Positions 30,171 to 46,400 of a stretch of DNA of 64,000 nucleotides are shown here, in pieces. Origin of the DNA: Candidatus Dojkabacteria bacterium (GTDB lineage Bacteria; Patescibacteriota; Dojkabacteria; J137). The stretch covers positions 293,645 to 357,644 of the forward strand of contig AP024679.1 of the NCBI GenBank assembly GCA_025999215.1, written 5' to 3'. The notes under the pieces were generated by a model, which worked only from the letters and a program-made list of their open reading frames with translations, searched no databases and had not been told where the DNA came from. A program made the translations under genes and the position numbers. The stretch's first letter is position 1, and the number at the start of each line of letters is the position of its first letter.

Positions 30171-30245
30171 CGCGGGGTAGAGCAGTGGCAGCTCGTCGGG
30201 CTCATAACCCGAAGGTCGTTGGTTCGAATCCAACCCCCGCAACCA
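30171..30245 (+). tRNA. Initiator tRNA-fMet (CAU), CCA encoded
   Basis: Near-identical to E. coli tRNA-fMet: CGCGGGG...GCUCGUCGGGCUCAUAACCCGAAGGUCG...CCCCCGCAACCA, including the C1xA72 mismatch and the three G-C pairs in the anticodon stem. Confidence 0.9.
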
Positions 30246-30290
30246 AGTGCCCCCACATGTTTGTGGGGGCACTTGGTTTATTCTTTCACT
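30243..30290 (+). terminator. Rho-independent terminator overlapping the tRNA-fMet CCA end
   Basis: CCAAGUGCCCCCA-CAUGUU-UGGGGGCACUUGG perfect 13-bp stem followed by a UUUAUUCUUUCACUUUUU tract. Confidence 0.75.
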
Positions 30291-30363
30291 TTTTATACAA
30301 ATATTCCGCCATTTTTAGTTTATAATTTTCAATTTTTTTGTTAAAATTAAAGAGTAATTTTGG

Positions 30364-30436
30364 CCAGAGTAGCTCAGTAGGTTAGAGCGTGGGATTCATA
30401 AACCCAAGGTCGGCAGTTCGATTCTGCCCTCTGGCA
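30364..30436 (+). tRNA. tRNA-Met (CAU), elongator type (could alternatively be a lysidine-type Ile2); no encoded CCA
   Basis: Acceptor GCCAGAG/CUCUGGC; D-arm GCUC...GAGC; anticodon loop UUCAUAA; T-arm GGCAG-UUCGAUU-CUGCC. Confidence 0.65.
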
Positions 30437-30458
30437 TTTAAATTGTTTAGATGGATTT

Positions 30459-32864
30459 ATGGATAGTCAAAAACAAAACTCAAAAAATACAAAAGAAAAC
30501 AAAGAAAAAGAAGAGCAAATTAAAAAACAACTTGAAGAAATGTCTTGGAGTTTATTAAAAGAGATTAGTGAAAAAAACAAAAAAAATAAAAGAACCTCTC
30601 GCATAAAAAAAACGAGATTTGGTATAAAGAGAGTCAATCCATTTATACTTCTTGGAGGCATATTTTTATTTTTGCTAGTTTTTTCGAGTTTGATATCAAA
30701 TTTTACTTTCAATCCAAAAGGATCATTAGACACAATAGTAAGTGGATTACAAAACAATGAATTTTCTCAAATTTTAATACAGAACGACAGTAAAATTATC
30801 GCAATAGATAAACTTTATGTAACAACTAAGGGTAGACTTGCAAGCGATAAAATTCCAGAAAAAGTAAATTATTTAAATAAAAAAAATAATCTTCAGGAAA
30901 TTACGCCAGATGAGCTAATTCAATCTCTAAAACCTAAATCGCTAGCTGATACGATCAGATCTCTTTTTGGAAATCAAGCGGGATTTGTAGAAGAAATAAT
31001 TGTAGGTGAGGATTATGTGTTAGTTTTAAATGCTGGAGAAACTCAAGATCAGGTGGTTAGGGATATTGGTTACAATGAGTTTAATCAGTTACTTGAAGAG
31101 AATAATTTATCAATAAATTCTTTGGGAGTTCCTGTATTTAATTTGCAAAAATATGCAAAAGTTGTTGATTTGGAGTCATTTTACAATAGGTTACAAGCGG
31201 GGCAATTTGATGTTGTATATCAAGTTGATGAATTTGTGGTTGCTAAGAAAAAAGCTCAATTCGTAGATAGAATTGTCGTTGATTGGACTCCAAATATAGA
31301 TTCGTTTGTTGAAACTTTACAAAATGAAAATATATCTTTGGCAAGTGCAAATGTAGATATTGTGTCTGTCAATGTGCCCTCAGGAATTTCTCTGGATGAT
31401 ATTTTTACAATCATAACTATAATTGGAATGGTTATCTTGGTGATCGTTATTTATAGAAGTGCACAATCGTCGGGAATGGGACTTATGCAATTTGGACAGT
31501 CAAAAGCCAAGATGTTTTTTGGGCAAAAAACCGATACTTCTTTTGATGATGTTGCAGGTATTGATGAAGCTCGAGAAGAATTAAACGAAATAGTAGAGTT
31601 TTTAAAACATCCTAATAAATTTAGAAATTTGGGTGCAAGAATTCCAAAAGGTATTTTAATGTTTGGTCCACCAGGAACAGGTAAAACTTTACTTGCTAGG
31701 GCAATAGCTGGTGAAGCGGGAGTTCCATTTTTTCATACTTCGGGATCAGAGTTTGAAGAAATGTTGGTTGGGGCGGGTGCGTCAAGAGTAAGAGATCTAT
31801 TTGCAAAAGCCAAAAAAGCTGCTCCATCACTAATATTTATTGATGAAATTGATGCAGTTGCTCGAAAACGTGGAACAAGAATTCAATCGGGAAATACTGA
31901 ACAAACGCTCAATCAAATTTTAGTTGAGATGGATGGTTTTGAAAAGAATACGAATGTTATTGTGATTGCAGCGACAAATAGGCCTGATGTACTTGACCCT
32001 GCAATTTTGAGACCAGGAAGATTTGATAGGCAAGTTAGAATTGAACTCCCAGACGTTGAAGGTCGTTTACAAATTCTTAAAATTCACAGTAAAAATAAAC
32101 CTTTAGACAAAGATGTTGATTTGGAAAAAATAGCCAAAAGAACTGTTGGTTTTACTGGTGCTGATCTTGAAAACATAATGAATGAGTCAGCAATTATTGC
32201 AGCGAAACAAAATAAAAAACTAATCAGTATGGAAGATATTGAAGAAGCAGTTTCAAAAGTAGTTTTGGGACCTGCTAGAAGATCTCGAAAAAGAACAGAA
32301 GATGAGCTGAAGTTAGTTGCTTATCATGAAGCGGGCCATGCTGTTGTTTCATATTTTACTCCTAACGCTACTCCTGTTGATAAAATTTCAATTGTGTCTC
32401 GAGGAAGTACAGGTGGGGTTACAATGTTCTTACCTGAAAAAGATGAGTATATAGTTTCAAAATCAAAGTTGATAGCAGAAATTACTGTAAGTTTAGGAGG
32501 TAGAGCGGCTGAAGAAATTGTTTTGGATGATATATCAACTGGGGCTTCAAATGATATCAAGAAAGCAACACAGGTTGCGCGCCGAATGGTTCAGCAATTT
32601 GGAATGAATGAAAAACTAGGTTTAGTTGAGTACGGTAATCATGAAGAGAATGGCTTGGGATATCAATACGGTGATTGGAAAGAATATTCCGAAAAAACAG
32701 CTGAGATTATTGATGAAGAAGTAAGAAAGATCATTTCTCAACAATATGAATTTGCAAAGAAAATTTTGAGTGAACATCGCGATAAGCTAGATAAATTAGC
32801 GCAAAGATTACTTGAAAAAGAAGTAATTGATAAAGCTGAATTTACAGAACTCATGACCGTGTAA
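30459..32864 (+). CDS. ftsH: ATP-dependent zinc metalloprotease FtsH with extended (~330 aa) N-terminal extracytoplasmic region
   Basis: Walker [35 protein letters not shown] zinc-binding motif, two TM segments. Confidence 0.9.
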   Translation: MDSQKQNSKNTKENKEKEEQIKKQLEEMSWSLLKEISEKNKKNKRTSRIKKTRFGIKRVNPFILLGGIFLFLLVFSSLISNFTFNPKGSLDTIVSGLQNNEFSQILIQNDSKIIAIDKLYVTTKGRLASDKIPEKVNYLNKKNNLQEITPDELIQSLKPKSLADTIRSLFGNQAGFVEEIIVGEDYVLVLNAGETQDQVVRDIGYNEFNQLLEENNLSINSLGVPVFNLQKYAKVVDLESFYNRLQAGQFDVVYQVDEFVVAKKKAQFVDRIVVDWTPNIDSFVETLQNENISLASANVDIVSVNVPSGISLDDIFTIITIIGMVILVIVIYRSAQSSGMGLMQFGQSKAKMFFGQKTDTSFDDVAGIDEAREELNEIVEFLKHPNKFRNLGARIPKGILMFGPPGTGKTLLARAIAGEAGVPFFHTSGSEFEEMLVGAGASRVRDLFAKAKKAAPSLIFIDEIDAVARKRGTRIQSGNTEQTLNQILVEMDGFEKNTNVIVIAATNRPDVLDPAILRPGRFDRQVRIELPDVEGRLQILKIHSKNKPLDKDVDLEKIAKRTVGFTGADLENIMNESAIIAAKQNKKLISMEDIEEAVSKVVLGPARRSRKRTEDELKLVAYHEAGHAVVSYFTPNATPVDKISIVSRGSTGGVTMFLPEKDEYIVSKSKLIAEITVSLGGRAAEEIVLDDISTGASNDIKKATQVARRMVQQFGMNEKLGLVEYGNHEENGLGYQYGDWKEYSEKTAEIIDEEVRKIISQQYEFAKKILSEHRDKLDKLAQRLLEKEVIDKAEFTELMTV

Positions 32865-32865
32865 C

Positions 32866-33735
32866 ATGTCAAGATTAGATAAAACCCGTCATGTCTATGA
32901 GCTATTGCTTGAATTTTATTCACGAAACTTTTTGTATGCTGGTGTAAATGAGGAGTTAGCTTACAATCTTATTAATTTAGTTTGGGAACATACTTTTGAA
33001 GCTGATAGTGTTCAAACTATAAAGAAAATTTTCAAAGAAGCAAAAAAACAGTGTAAAAACAAAGTAGTAGAGGAGGATTTTTTAAATGCTTTTCACCAAA
33101 ACTTTTTAAAAGTAGAAAGATTTTTAGATGTTGGGGCAAATAGGTTAGATTTACTAAAAACTCTGGGGGAGAATTATGAAAACATTGAAAACCTTTACGC
33201 TATTGATACAAAAGAAAAGAGTGAAATAACGTTACCAAATAATAAATCATTTTACTTTAAGGTTGATAATTATTCACAAAATTTACCCGAAGAATTATCA
33301 AACATTGATTTTATAAACATACAGTTTGTTTTGCACCACTTTCCTGATGATAGCTCAATTATAAGATTACTAAATTGGTGTTACAGAATCTTGGAAAAAG
33401 ATGGGATTGTAGTTTTGTGGGAAGAAAGTTTTGAAAAAAAATGGAATAAAAATCTTAATTTTCCTGTTAAAGTGTTTACTGATGAAAATTTAACTGAGAA
33501 ATTTTATCGACTCAATACTTCAGAAAAATTTGCTTTTATTCAAATAAACGATTGGCTTATAAACTTTAGCAACAGCCATTTACAATGGACTTCAAATTAT
33601 AAAATGTGGTATGATTGGGTTAAGATTTTTGCAAGTGTTGGGTTTCAGCTAGAAGATTATTGGAATTTAGGCCTTAGAGTTAATGGCAAATTGAAACAGG
33701 GGGTTCATATTATCGGTATGTTTAAGAAAAAATAA
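32866..33735 (+). CDS. Divergent class-I SAM-dependent methyltransferase-like protein (putative)
   Basis: Motif-I-like LDVGANRLD, acidic post-I (LYAIDTKE), motif II IDFINIQFVLHHFPDD, motif III LLNWCYRILEKDGIVVLW. Confidence 0.4.
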   Translation: MSRLDKTRHVYELLLEFYSRNFLYAGVNEELAYNLINLVWEHTFEADSVQTIKKIFKEAKKQCKNKVVEEDFLNAFHQNFLKVERFLDVGANRLDLLKTLGENYENIENLYAIDTKEKSEITLPNNKSFYFKVDNYSQNLPEELSNIDFINIQFVLHHFPDDSSIIRLLNWCYRILEKDGIVVLWEESFEKKWNKNLNFPVKVFTDENLTEKFYRLNTSEKFAFIQINDWLINFSNSHLQWTSNYKMWYDWVKIFASVGFQLEDYWNLGLRVNGKLKQGVHIIGMFKKK

Positions 33736-33737
33736 TT

Positions 33738-34895
33738 ATGGATTTAAAACAAAAATCAATTAATCTGCACAAAAAACACAAAGGGAAAATTTCCATACAA
33801 TCAAAAATAAGTTTAAAAAATAAGGACGATTTATCTTTGGCGTATACTCCAGGTGTAGCTGAAGTTTGTAAAGTTATCGAAAAAAATTCTCAACAGGCAT
33901 ATGATTTAACTTCTATGAAAAACACAGTAGCTGTTGTAACTGATGGATCTGCGGTTTTGGGGTTAGGTAATATAGGGGGGCTAGCGTCTTTACCGGTAAT
34001 GGAGGGTAAAGCTATTTTATTTAAAGAATTTGGTGGAGTAGATGCAATTCCCATAACGATAAATTCTCTTGAAGTTGAAAAAATTGTAGAAACTATAAAA
34101 TTAATTGCTCCAACATTTGGGGGAATAAATTTGGAGGATATAGCTGCACCAAGATGTTTTGAAATAGAAGAAAGGTTAAGAAATGAATTAGATATACCTG
34201 TATTTCACGATGATCAGGACGGTACAGCAATAGTGGTTTTAGCTGGGTTAATCAATGCCTTGAAATTAGTTGGTAAAAATAAAGACAATACAAAAATTGT
34301 CATAAACGGTTCAGGTGCTGCAGGTATTGCGATTGCCAGATTGTTAAGAGATTACGGTGTTGGAAATATTATAGTTTGTGATTCAAAAGGAATAATATCC
34401 AAAGAAAGAGATGATCTTAATCAATATAAAAAAGAATTACTCAATTATACAAATTTAGATAACTCAAGCGGAACCCTTGAGGAGGCTATGGATAATACTG
34501 ATGTGTTTGTAGGAGTATCTGTTGGAGGAGTATTAAATTTCAACATGATTAAAAAAATGAAAAAAGATCCAATAGTTTTTGCAATGGCAAATCCAATACC
34601 TGAGATAATGCCAAATGACGCTTTAAGTGCTGGTGCAAGAATAGTAGCAACAGGTAGATCAGATTTTCCTAATCAGCTAAATAATGTTTTGGTTTTTCCG
34701 GGTGTATTTAAAGGCTTGTTGAAGGCGCGATGTCAAATAAATAACCAAATGAAAATAAGTGTTGCTCAAGTAATTGCTGATTTTGTAGAAAAAGATTTGA
34801 GCGAGGAAAAAATAATACCTTCTCCGTTTGAATATGAATTGTACGATGTCGTTGCTGAGACAATTTATAAATTAAGTACTAGTAAAAATGACTAA
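33738..34895 (+). CDS. NAD(P)-dependent malic enzyme (short form)
   Basis: ...LSLAYTPGVAEVC... and the GSGAAGIAIARLL dinucleotide-binding motif. Confidence 0.85.
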   Translation: MDLKQKSINLHKKHKGKISIQSKISLKNKDDLSLAYTPGVAEVCKVIEKNSQQAYDLTSMKNTVAVVTDGSAVLGLGNIGGLASLPVMEGKAILFKEFGGVDAIPITINSLEVEKIVETIKLIAPTFGGINLEDIAAPRCFEIEERLRNELDIPVFHDDQDGTAIVVLAGLINALKLVGKNKDNTKIVINGSGAAGIAIARLLRDYGVGNIIVCDSKGIISKERDDLNQYKKELLNYTNLDNSSGTLEEAMDNTDVFVGVSVGGVLNFNMIKKMKKDPIVFAMANPIPEIMPNDALSAGARIVATGRSDFPNQLNNVLVFPGVFKGLLKARCQINNQMKISVAQVIADFVEKDLSEEKIIPSPFEYELYDVVAETIYKLSTSKND

Positions 34896-37467
34896 ATCAA
34901 AAAACTTAGTCATAATAGATTCTCATGCACTTCTTTATAGAGCTTACTATGCAATGCCTCCGACACTAACTACAAGGGATGGTGAAGTTATAAATGCCGT
35001 TTATGGTTTTGCGAGTTTAGTTTTAGATGTAATTTGGAAATTTAAACCTACTAATTGTTTAGCAGTACTAGATTCTGGAAAACCTGTTGAAAGAGTTCAG
35101 GAATTTTCTTTGTATAAAGCTAATCGTAAAAAAGCGGATGATTTGTTTATCGCACAAATACCAAAAAGTGAAAAAGTGCTTGAAAAATTTGATATTCCTA
35201 TTTTGAAATTTGATGGAATAGAAGCAGATGATATCATAGGTACAGTTGTGGAAAAATATTCCAAAGATTTTGATAAAGTTATTATTGTAACTGGTGATCA
35301 AGATATGTTTCAATTGGTTAAAAATAACATTTATGTATACATGGCAGGAAGACGGTTTTCTGATTCAAAACTCTTTGATTCAAGCAAAGTTGAAGAAAAA
35401 TTAGGAATAACGCCAGACAAAGTTGCTGATTTTAAAGGTATTTCAGGTGACCCATCTGATAATATCCCTGGTGTAGCAGGTATAGGAAAAAAAGGAGCTG
35501 TGAGTTTGATAAAAGAGTTTGGGGGTATTGAAGATATTTATAAAAATATAGAAAAAGTTCCTAACAGATATAAAAATAAGCTTTTGGAAAATTACGAAAT
35601 GGCTATGCTTTCCAAATCATTAGCAACTATTAAAACAAATATTCCGCTTAATTTTGATATAAACAAAACACTACTTAAAATAGATAATTCAATGCTTGAA
35701 ATTTTAGAGGAATTTGAGTTTAAAAGTTTGGTTCAAAAGGCAAGTAAAATTGTTGAGATTTATCAAGAAAATGGAGGCTCTACGGAAAAGTCAAGAAGGT
35801 TTGAAAATAATACAAATTACAAAGAATATGATGGGAGTTTGCAAGGAGAAGTTTATATCTATTGTGAATATGATGATGTAGGTGATCCATTAAATTATGG
35901 TTTTAAGGAGATTTTGTTAGAAAGTAATGGCCAAATTTTCAAAGTAGATCAGCATAATAAAAGAAAATTTTTGGCTAATATATACAAAATAGCTAAAATG
36001 TACACTTTTGATGCCAAAAAGTTTTTGCATGTGTTGCATAATGAAGGTGTTAAGAATACAGAAAATCTAGAGATAGAAGATGTGGGGATATATGCGTTTG
36101 TTTTGGCAGAGGGGCAAGTGAGTTTTGATTTAAACAACATTTTAAAATTTTATAAAATACAAGAATCTAACCAGCTTAGTGCCATGAAAACTCTTTATCA
36201 GTCTTTGAGTAAGGCTGCTAAAAATAATCAAAAACTTTATGATATAATTCAAATTGAACATGGTATTTTGCCGATTGTAGTCCATATGGAACGGGCGGGT
36301 ATTGGAGTGGATGATAAAGAATTGGATAAGTTTAAGGGAGATATTTTAGCTAAGTTAGCTAATTTGCGTCAAGATATTTATGATAGCGCTGGTTGTGAGT
36401 TTAATGTTAATTCTACTAAGCAAGTTTCTGAAATTTTGTTTGAAAAATTGGGATTAACTTCATCTAACAAAACTAAAACGGGTAGTTTTTCAACTAACGA
36501 AAAAGCTCTTATAAAAATTAAAAAAGAACATAGAATTGTTTCTCAAATACTACTTTATCGTGAATTGGAAAAATTGAGCTCTACATATGTAAAAGCTCTT
36601 CCAAAGTATATTAATCCTAAAACTAATAGGATTCATGCTGTGTTTGATCAGATGGGTACAGTTTCTGGAAGATTTTCTTCACGGGATCCTAATTTGCAAA
36701 ATATACCAAAGGGTGATATTCAAGGTTTTGTTATACGGAATGTGTTTAAGGCATCACCAGGATGTGTTTTTGTGTCTTGTGATTATTCGCAGCAAGAGTT
36801 GAGAATTTTGGCAGGGCTTGCTAATGAGCAAGAGATGATAGATATATTTAACAATAATGGGGATGTTCATAAACTTACTGCATCAGAGCTTTTTGATGTT
36901 AGGCTTGAGGAGGTCACAAAAGAGCAGCGCGAGATAGGTAAAGTTGTGAATTTTAGTGTTATCTACGGTATATCCGCTTATGGCTTGTCGGAGAATTTAA
37001 AAATCTCTGTTTCACAAGCGCAATATTTTATTGATAAATATTTCAATAAATATAAAAGAGTAAGAGAATTTTTTGATGATCAAATGATTAAAATTAAAAA
37101 GAATGGTTACGCTGAAACAATTATTGGGAGAAGAAGGAGAAGTAATTTAATTAAATCTTCCAACAAAAATTTGCAAGCGTCCGCTAAAAGGGAATTATTG
37201 AACTTTTTAATTCAGGGGAGCGCTGCTGATATAATGAAGCTTGCTATGTTGAACTTGATTCCTGTTTTACAAAAGTACCCTGCAAAATTAATTGCTCAGA
37301 TTCACGATGAATTTTTGTTTGAAGTGAAAAAGGGTGATCATGTTGAAAAGTTTGGACAAGAAGTATCAAATAAAATGTTGAACGCTTATGATGTGGGGGT
37401 TGATTTTGCTGTGGAAATAAGTGTGGGTGAGAGATGGGGCGAAATGAAAAAGAAAGAAAATTTTTAA
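34888..37467 (+). CDS. polA: DNA polymerase I (5'-3' exonuclease plus polymerase domains)
   Basis: N-terminal FEN/5'-exo motifs (GDQDMFQLV, helix-hairpin-helix GIGKKGA), pol motif A (VSCDYSQQELRILA), motif B (REIGKVVNFSVIYG), motif C (QIHDEF). Confidence 0.9.
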   Translation: MTKSKNLVIIDSHALLYRAYYAMPPTLTTRDGEVINAVYGFASLVLDVIWKFKPTNCLAVLDSGKPVERVQEFSLYKANRKKADDLFIAQIPKSEKVLEKFDIPILKFDGIEADDIIGTVVEKYSKDFDKVIIVTGDQDMFQLVKNNIYVYMAGRRFSDSKLFDSSKVEEKLGITPDKVADFKGISGDPSDNIPGVAGIGKKGAVSLIKEFGGIEDIYKNIEKVPNRYKNKLLENYEMAMLSKSLATIKTNIPLNFDINKTLLKIDNSMLEILEEFEFKSLVQKASKIVEIYQENGGSTEKSRRFENNTNYKEYDGSLQGEVYIYCEYDDVGDPLNYGFKEILLESNGQIFKVDQHNKRKFLANIYKIAKMYTFDAKKFLHVLHNEGVKNTENLEIEDVGIYAFVLAEGQVSFDLNNILKFYKIQESNQLSAMKTLYQSLSKAAKNNQKLYDIIQIEHGILPIVVHMERAGIGVDDKELDKFKGDILAKLANLRQDIYDSAGCEFNVNSTKQVSEILFEKLGLTSSNKTKTGSFSTNEKALIKIKKEHRIVSQILLYRELEKLSSTYVKALPKYINPKTNRIHAVFDQMGTVSGRFSSRDPNLQNIPKGDIQGFVIRNVFKASPGCVFVSCDYSQQELRILAGLANEQEMIDIFNNNGDVHKLTASELFDVRLEEVTKEQREIGKVVNFSVIYGISAYGLSENLKISVSQAQYFIDKYFNKYKRVREFFDDQMIKIKKNGYAETIIGRRRRSNLIKSSNKNLQASAKRELLNFLIQGSAADIMKLAMLNLIPVLQKYPAKLIAQIHDEFLFEVKKGDHVEKFGQEVSNKMLNAYDVGVDFAVEISVGERWGEMKKKENF

Positions 37468-37521
37468 AAAGTTTTCAAATCTTTTTAAAAATTGTATTAT
37501 GGGTTAGATTAGATAAAAATT

Positions 37522-37926
37522 ATGAAGGCGTTAAAAATATTTTTATTTCTAACTTTTCTTTGCTTATTTGGTTATCTTGCTTTGGTAGCTTATGTTTTTT
37601 TAAAGAAAAATGGGGTAAAACTTGAAGATTTTTTATCTGGTTTTGATGGTGAAAATAACCAAGAAAAGGAGAAAAACGAGAAATTACCTAAAAAAAAGAA
37701 TGAGTTAAAAGATAAGAAAAATGATGAACTGACCGACAGGCAAAAAGAAATTGTAGAATTTTTGGAAAAATTCGGTGGAGAAAGCGTGAAGATGAATTTG
37801 TTGAGTAAAAATTTTAATACAGTAACACCAAGAACTTTAAGAAGAGATTTACAAAATTTGGTAGATTTAGGTATTGTGAAATCATTAGGGACCACGAAAG
37901 ATAGAGAGTATAAGCTTATTGGTTGA
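37522..37926 (+). CDS. Membrane-anchored protein with C-terminal winged-helix DNA-binding-like domain (hypothetical)
   Basis: N-terminal TM, K/E-rich linker, C-terminal ...TPRTLRRDLQNLVDLGIVKSLG (DeoR/wHTH-like). Confidence 0.35.
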   Translation: MKALKIFLFLTFLCLFGYLALVAYVFLKKNGVKLEDFLSGFDGENNQEKEKNEKLPKKKNELKDKKNDELTDRQKEIVEFLEKFGGESVKMNLLSKNFNTVTPRTLRRDLQNLVDLGIVKSLGTTKDREYKLIG

Positions 37927-37952
37927 TTGACGATTTTCTTTTAAAAAATGTT

Positions 37953-37986
37953 TGACAATTTGTTGGGTTGTGTTAAAATTACGTAG
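37953..37986 (+). promoter_or_regulatory. Candidate rRNA operon promoter
   Basis: TTGACA - 16 nt - TAAAAT about 220 nt upstream of the 16S 5' end. Confidence 0.35.
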
Positions 37987-38204
37987 TTATCCTTTGACTT
38001 ATCTCAATTGAGAAGCAAAGGAATTCCCACATTACTTGATTATTGAAAGATTCTGAGCCTTTTTTGGGTTCAGTATTTGTGGGTTTATAGAACATTAAAT
38101 ACTTGAAACTTTGAAAAGTGACAAGGATCCTGTCAAATTCCAGGTTTAAACTTTGTTTTTTAGCACGGATCTTTCCGTGATTGAAACTGTAGCTTTGCTA
38201 CAAC

Positions 38205-39700
<1,496 letters not shown>

Positions 39701-39795
39701 TTAAGGAGTTAGTTTAACCCAAAACTTGGAAATTTGATTTACGGAATCCTTGTCACTTTCAAGGTTTTAAGTTAATATTTAATTAAAATGGATTT

Positions 39796-39869
39796 AGGCC
39801 AGTAGCTCAGCTGGTTAGAGCGCACCTCTGATAAGGGTGAGGTCCTTGGTTCGAGTCCAAGCTGGCCTA
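39796..39869 (+). tRNA. tRNA-Ile (GAU) in the 16S-23S spacer
   Basis: AGGCCAGUAGCUCAG...CUGAUAA...GGUUCGAGUCC...CUGGCCUA. Confidence 0.9.
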
Positions 39870-39872
39870 TGC

Positions 39873-39946
39873 GGGGCCTTAGTTTAGTTGGCTAGAACGC
39901 TTCATTTGCAATGAAGAGGTCGTGGGTTCGAATCCCACAGGCTCCA
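39873..39946 (+). tRNA. tRNA-Ala (UGC) in the 16S-23S spacer
   Basis: GGGGCCU acceptor with G3:U70, anticodon loop UUUGCAA, T-arm GUGGG-UUCGAAU-CCCAC. Confidence 0.9.
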
Positions 39947-40084
39947 TTTAGAATTAGAAAAAATGTCAGTAATCAGCCATCAGGCTGATGATTGATATTT
40001 TGTAACGATCTTTAACAACTGAATAGAACGACATCATGATAAAAAAGGTTTTTTTGTCATGTGGGTAATTAAAATTACCAGAAA

Positions 40085-43088
<3,004 letters not shown>

Positions 43089-43237
43089 TGGTGAGCTTTG
43101 GTATATATTTTTGCCAAGATTCCACTCTTGGTAATGTTTATATACCAATTTTACCCTTGTTCGTTCTATTCAGTTTTTAGAGATTAAGTAATTTAAAAAT
43201 TCAATCACTAGGTGCAAGATTATTTAAGTAGTTTTGC

Positions 43238-43354
43238 ACCTGGTGATAGTATCGCCGTGGAAACACCTGATACCATCCCGAACTCAGAAGTGAAACACGG
43301 TTGAGCCGAAGATACTTGTCTGGCAACGGACTGGGAAAATAGGTAATCGCCAGG
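43238..43354 (+). rRNA. rrf: 5S ribosomal RNA
   Basis: ...CCAUCCCGAACUCAGAAGUGAAACAC... with a terminal helix CCUGGUGA/UCGCCAGG. Confidence 0.85.
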
Positions 43355-43356
43355 AT

Positions 43357-43393
43357 CAAAAAGGACCTCCCTTAAGGGAGGTCCTTTTTGTTA
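43357..43393 (+). terminator. Rho-independent terminator of the rRNA operon
   Basis: AAAAAGGACCUCCC-UUAA-GGGAGGUCCUUUUUGUU perfect hairpin. Confidence 0.8.
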
Positions 43394-43467
43394 ATATAAT
43401 AATTTTCTTACAAATCGCATTCAAAAAATTTTTTCAATTCTTTAAAAGTTTCTAAAAAAGTTATATA

Positions 43468-46400
43468 TTGAATGTAATGAAAATTGTAATTATAGAAGAA
43501 AACATTTCGATAAGAAGGTTTTTAAAGGCATTTCTAAACAAAAATTTTAAAAATGTCCAAGTTTATACTTCTGAAAATGGAGTGGAAGGGTTGGGACTTG
43601 TTTATGTTGTTAGGCCAGATTTGATACTAGTTGATACTACTTTACCAAAATATTCAGGACGAGAAATAGTTGAATTTTTGAGTTCAAATGATAGTTTTAA
43701 AAACGGTAAAACTAAAGTAATTATAATGAATGATGGAAGTAGTGTTTCCAAAACACTTGCGAATTTTAAAAACTACGAAAAAAAAGATAAAAAATTTTTG
43801 AAAAAGATAGGAAGTGAAATAATTAACTTTCAAAAAGATGTTATACATTCAGAAAGTATAAATCCAGGATTTTTAAATAGCTTAGGGATAAGGCTAGCCA
43901 ATAAGTCTGATTTGATGTGGAAAAAATTTTTAGAAAGTAGATTTTTAAAAGTCTGGTTTGGCTTGGGATGGCTATATTATCAGATTTTATTAAGCTTAGT
44001 TTTAACAATACATTTTCTGCTGGTAAGAGAAATAAAAGATTCTAATATTCAGCAAAATAAAATTGATTCGAAAAAAATAGCAGTCAAAGCCGCGCCTACT
44101 TTGGCGGGTTTATTTGCAACTTTTTTGGTTTTGTTTTCGCAAATTTTTTTATTCGTGCTTGGAGGTGTAGTGATTCTCAATACTAGGGTTAATAGTATTT
44201 TTGCAACAGGTGAAAGTGTAGAAGAAATTTTTTATTCAACGCTTACACAATCAAGATTTTGGTACCAAGCAGACTTTGTTGAATTTACTGCATCCGGTGT
44301 TCAGCTTAAATCTCAATTTACACCACCAGATGTGGGCATAGATCCACCACCAGGCGGTGGTATAGAAACACAAAGCATACCATCATCATACCCTGAATCG
44401 TATCCGCAAGAAAATGTTTTAGGAGTATCAAAAAGTACTTCACGTTATAGTACTAATCCAGCTCATATTACTTTACTACAACCAATTGAATACACTGATC
44501 TGATAAATTTTGAAGAATTTGCTAATAAACCTTCTAATACAACTATTACTTATCAATTAAGTCCGGATGGGACAAATTGGTATTATTTTGAAAGTGTTGA
44601 TACCGGTTGGGTGCTTACAACGGCTGGTTTTTGGAGTTCTAATACAGCTCAAGAAGTTCAACAAAATTTAGAATTATATGAATCGCTTTTTGATTCGGGA
44701 AGTTTATACATTACAGCTTTTCTGAAAACAGACAATCCTTCTTTTACACCAATTTTACAAAAGATAAATATTACTTTGAGTAATGAAATAGTATCGCAAA
44801 CTCCTGATCCGGGGAGTGGTGGAGGTGGTATAAATGAAATAACTCTTGATATATTGGACTTCAATACTCTAGAGCCGCAAATATTTACTGCAAGTTATTA
44901 CAATGGTAACAAAATAGTAACAGGAAAAATATTAGGGAGAGATAGATTATCAAAACTTATTTATAGAGCTCCCTCAGAAGTTTTATCAAGATATGAAGCT
45001 GTAATAACATATGAAGATGGTACATTGATTGGTACGACTGATCTGTATCTCAATTCAAGAGATGAGATAGCTTTTAAATTAGTGACAAACGGAGAGCCAG
45101 GTGGCTTTATAGTTGTGCAAATACGACCTAAAGTTGGAGTTCCTCTCCCACCGGGAGTTGTACTTGACGAATCCCCTCGATCAAAAAGAGTTTTAAATTC
45201 TACTTTTACTGTTGATTCTACTAGCGATGAGCCAGATGCTCTTCTAGATGGCTTGTGTGAGACAGCTCTGGGAGAATGTACTTTGAGAGCAGCTATACAA
45301 GAAGCAAACAACACGCCAGGTTTTGATATTATAAATTTTGCTATACCTGTTACCGATTCAGGGTATAGAGACTATGATAGCCCTGGAACTCCTGGAAGTG
45401 GAGATTCTTTGAATGGAGATGATTATTGGGTTATTAGGCCGCAAGTAAATTATCCTACAATTACTGAAGCAATTAATTTGAATGTAGGTTCTCAAAGAAC
45501 AAACATTAGTGATACTAATAACTTAGGACCAGAGATTGAGATCACAGGAATTGATATTATGGGTAGTCCAGGTTTGGTTTTTGATCATGGTTCATCCGGA
45601 ACATCTGAAATCTCTGAAGTTGTGGTAAATGGTTTTGTGAATGCAGTGGTTTTACATTCTTCAACCAATATGAAATCTACTTATTTGGGAACTGATGTGA
45701 GAGGTCAAAATCAAGTGGTTTCTTCAAAATCTCTGGTAATTTCTCCAAAAATATTTTCAAACATTACAATTGGAAGTACAGCTCAATTAGAAGATAGGAA
45801 TGTAATATCACAAGCTGAGATTAATTTTGTTTGGGGTACTGGAGGAAATATAACTTTGGTGAATAATTATTTTGGTCTTAATTCCTTAGGTAGCGCGAGT
45901 ATATTATCACCTTTGGATACACCTCTTGAGATTAGTAGTAGTGGTGCTAGTGTAGATTCTCTTATAAAAATTGGAGAAAATTTAACGAATGGAAGAAATT
46001 ACTTTGCATCAGGAATTAATGTAACGGCTGGTGGTTACGTTGCTGTTGAGATAAAAAATAATTTATTTGGTGTAGATACAAATTTTAATCTAATTAACCA
46101 CAACGCTAAAATGAATTATTCTTTGGATAGTTCTCTAAATAGTTATGTTTATGATCTTTTGGTTGAGAATAATTTATTTTTACAACCAGCAGGGTCATAT
46201 TTAATATTTAATTCTAACAATACTTCAAAAGTTAGATTTTATCAGAATACCTTAGCTACTGATTCAATAAGTCCAACTCATTATGCCATGGATATATTGG
46301 CAACTTTTACTCCAAATTTAACTGAAAATCAAATAGAGGTAGTAGATAATTTTTTTGGTGGCGATGGAATTAATCCAGATCCATTTTTTGGCGTAGTTAC

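Noticed and set aside
30051-30272. 73-aa minus-strand ORF
   Set aside because: It overlaps the tRNA-fMet gene and its terminator and is an artefact.
37434-37625. 63-aa ORF overlapping the polA stop and the start of the 37522 gene
   Set aside because: It is out of frame with both neighbours, hydrophobic and low-complexity, and likely spurious.
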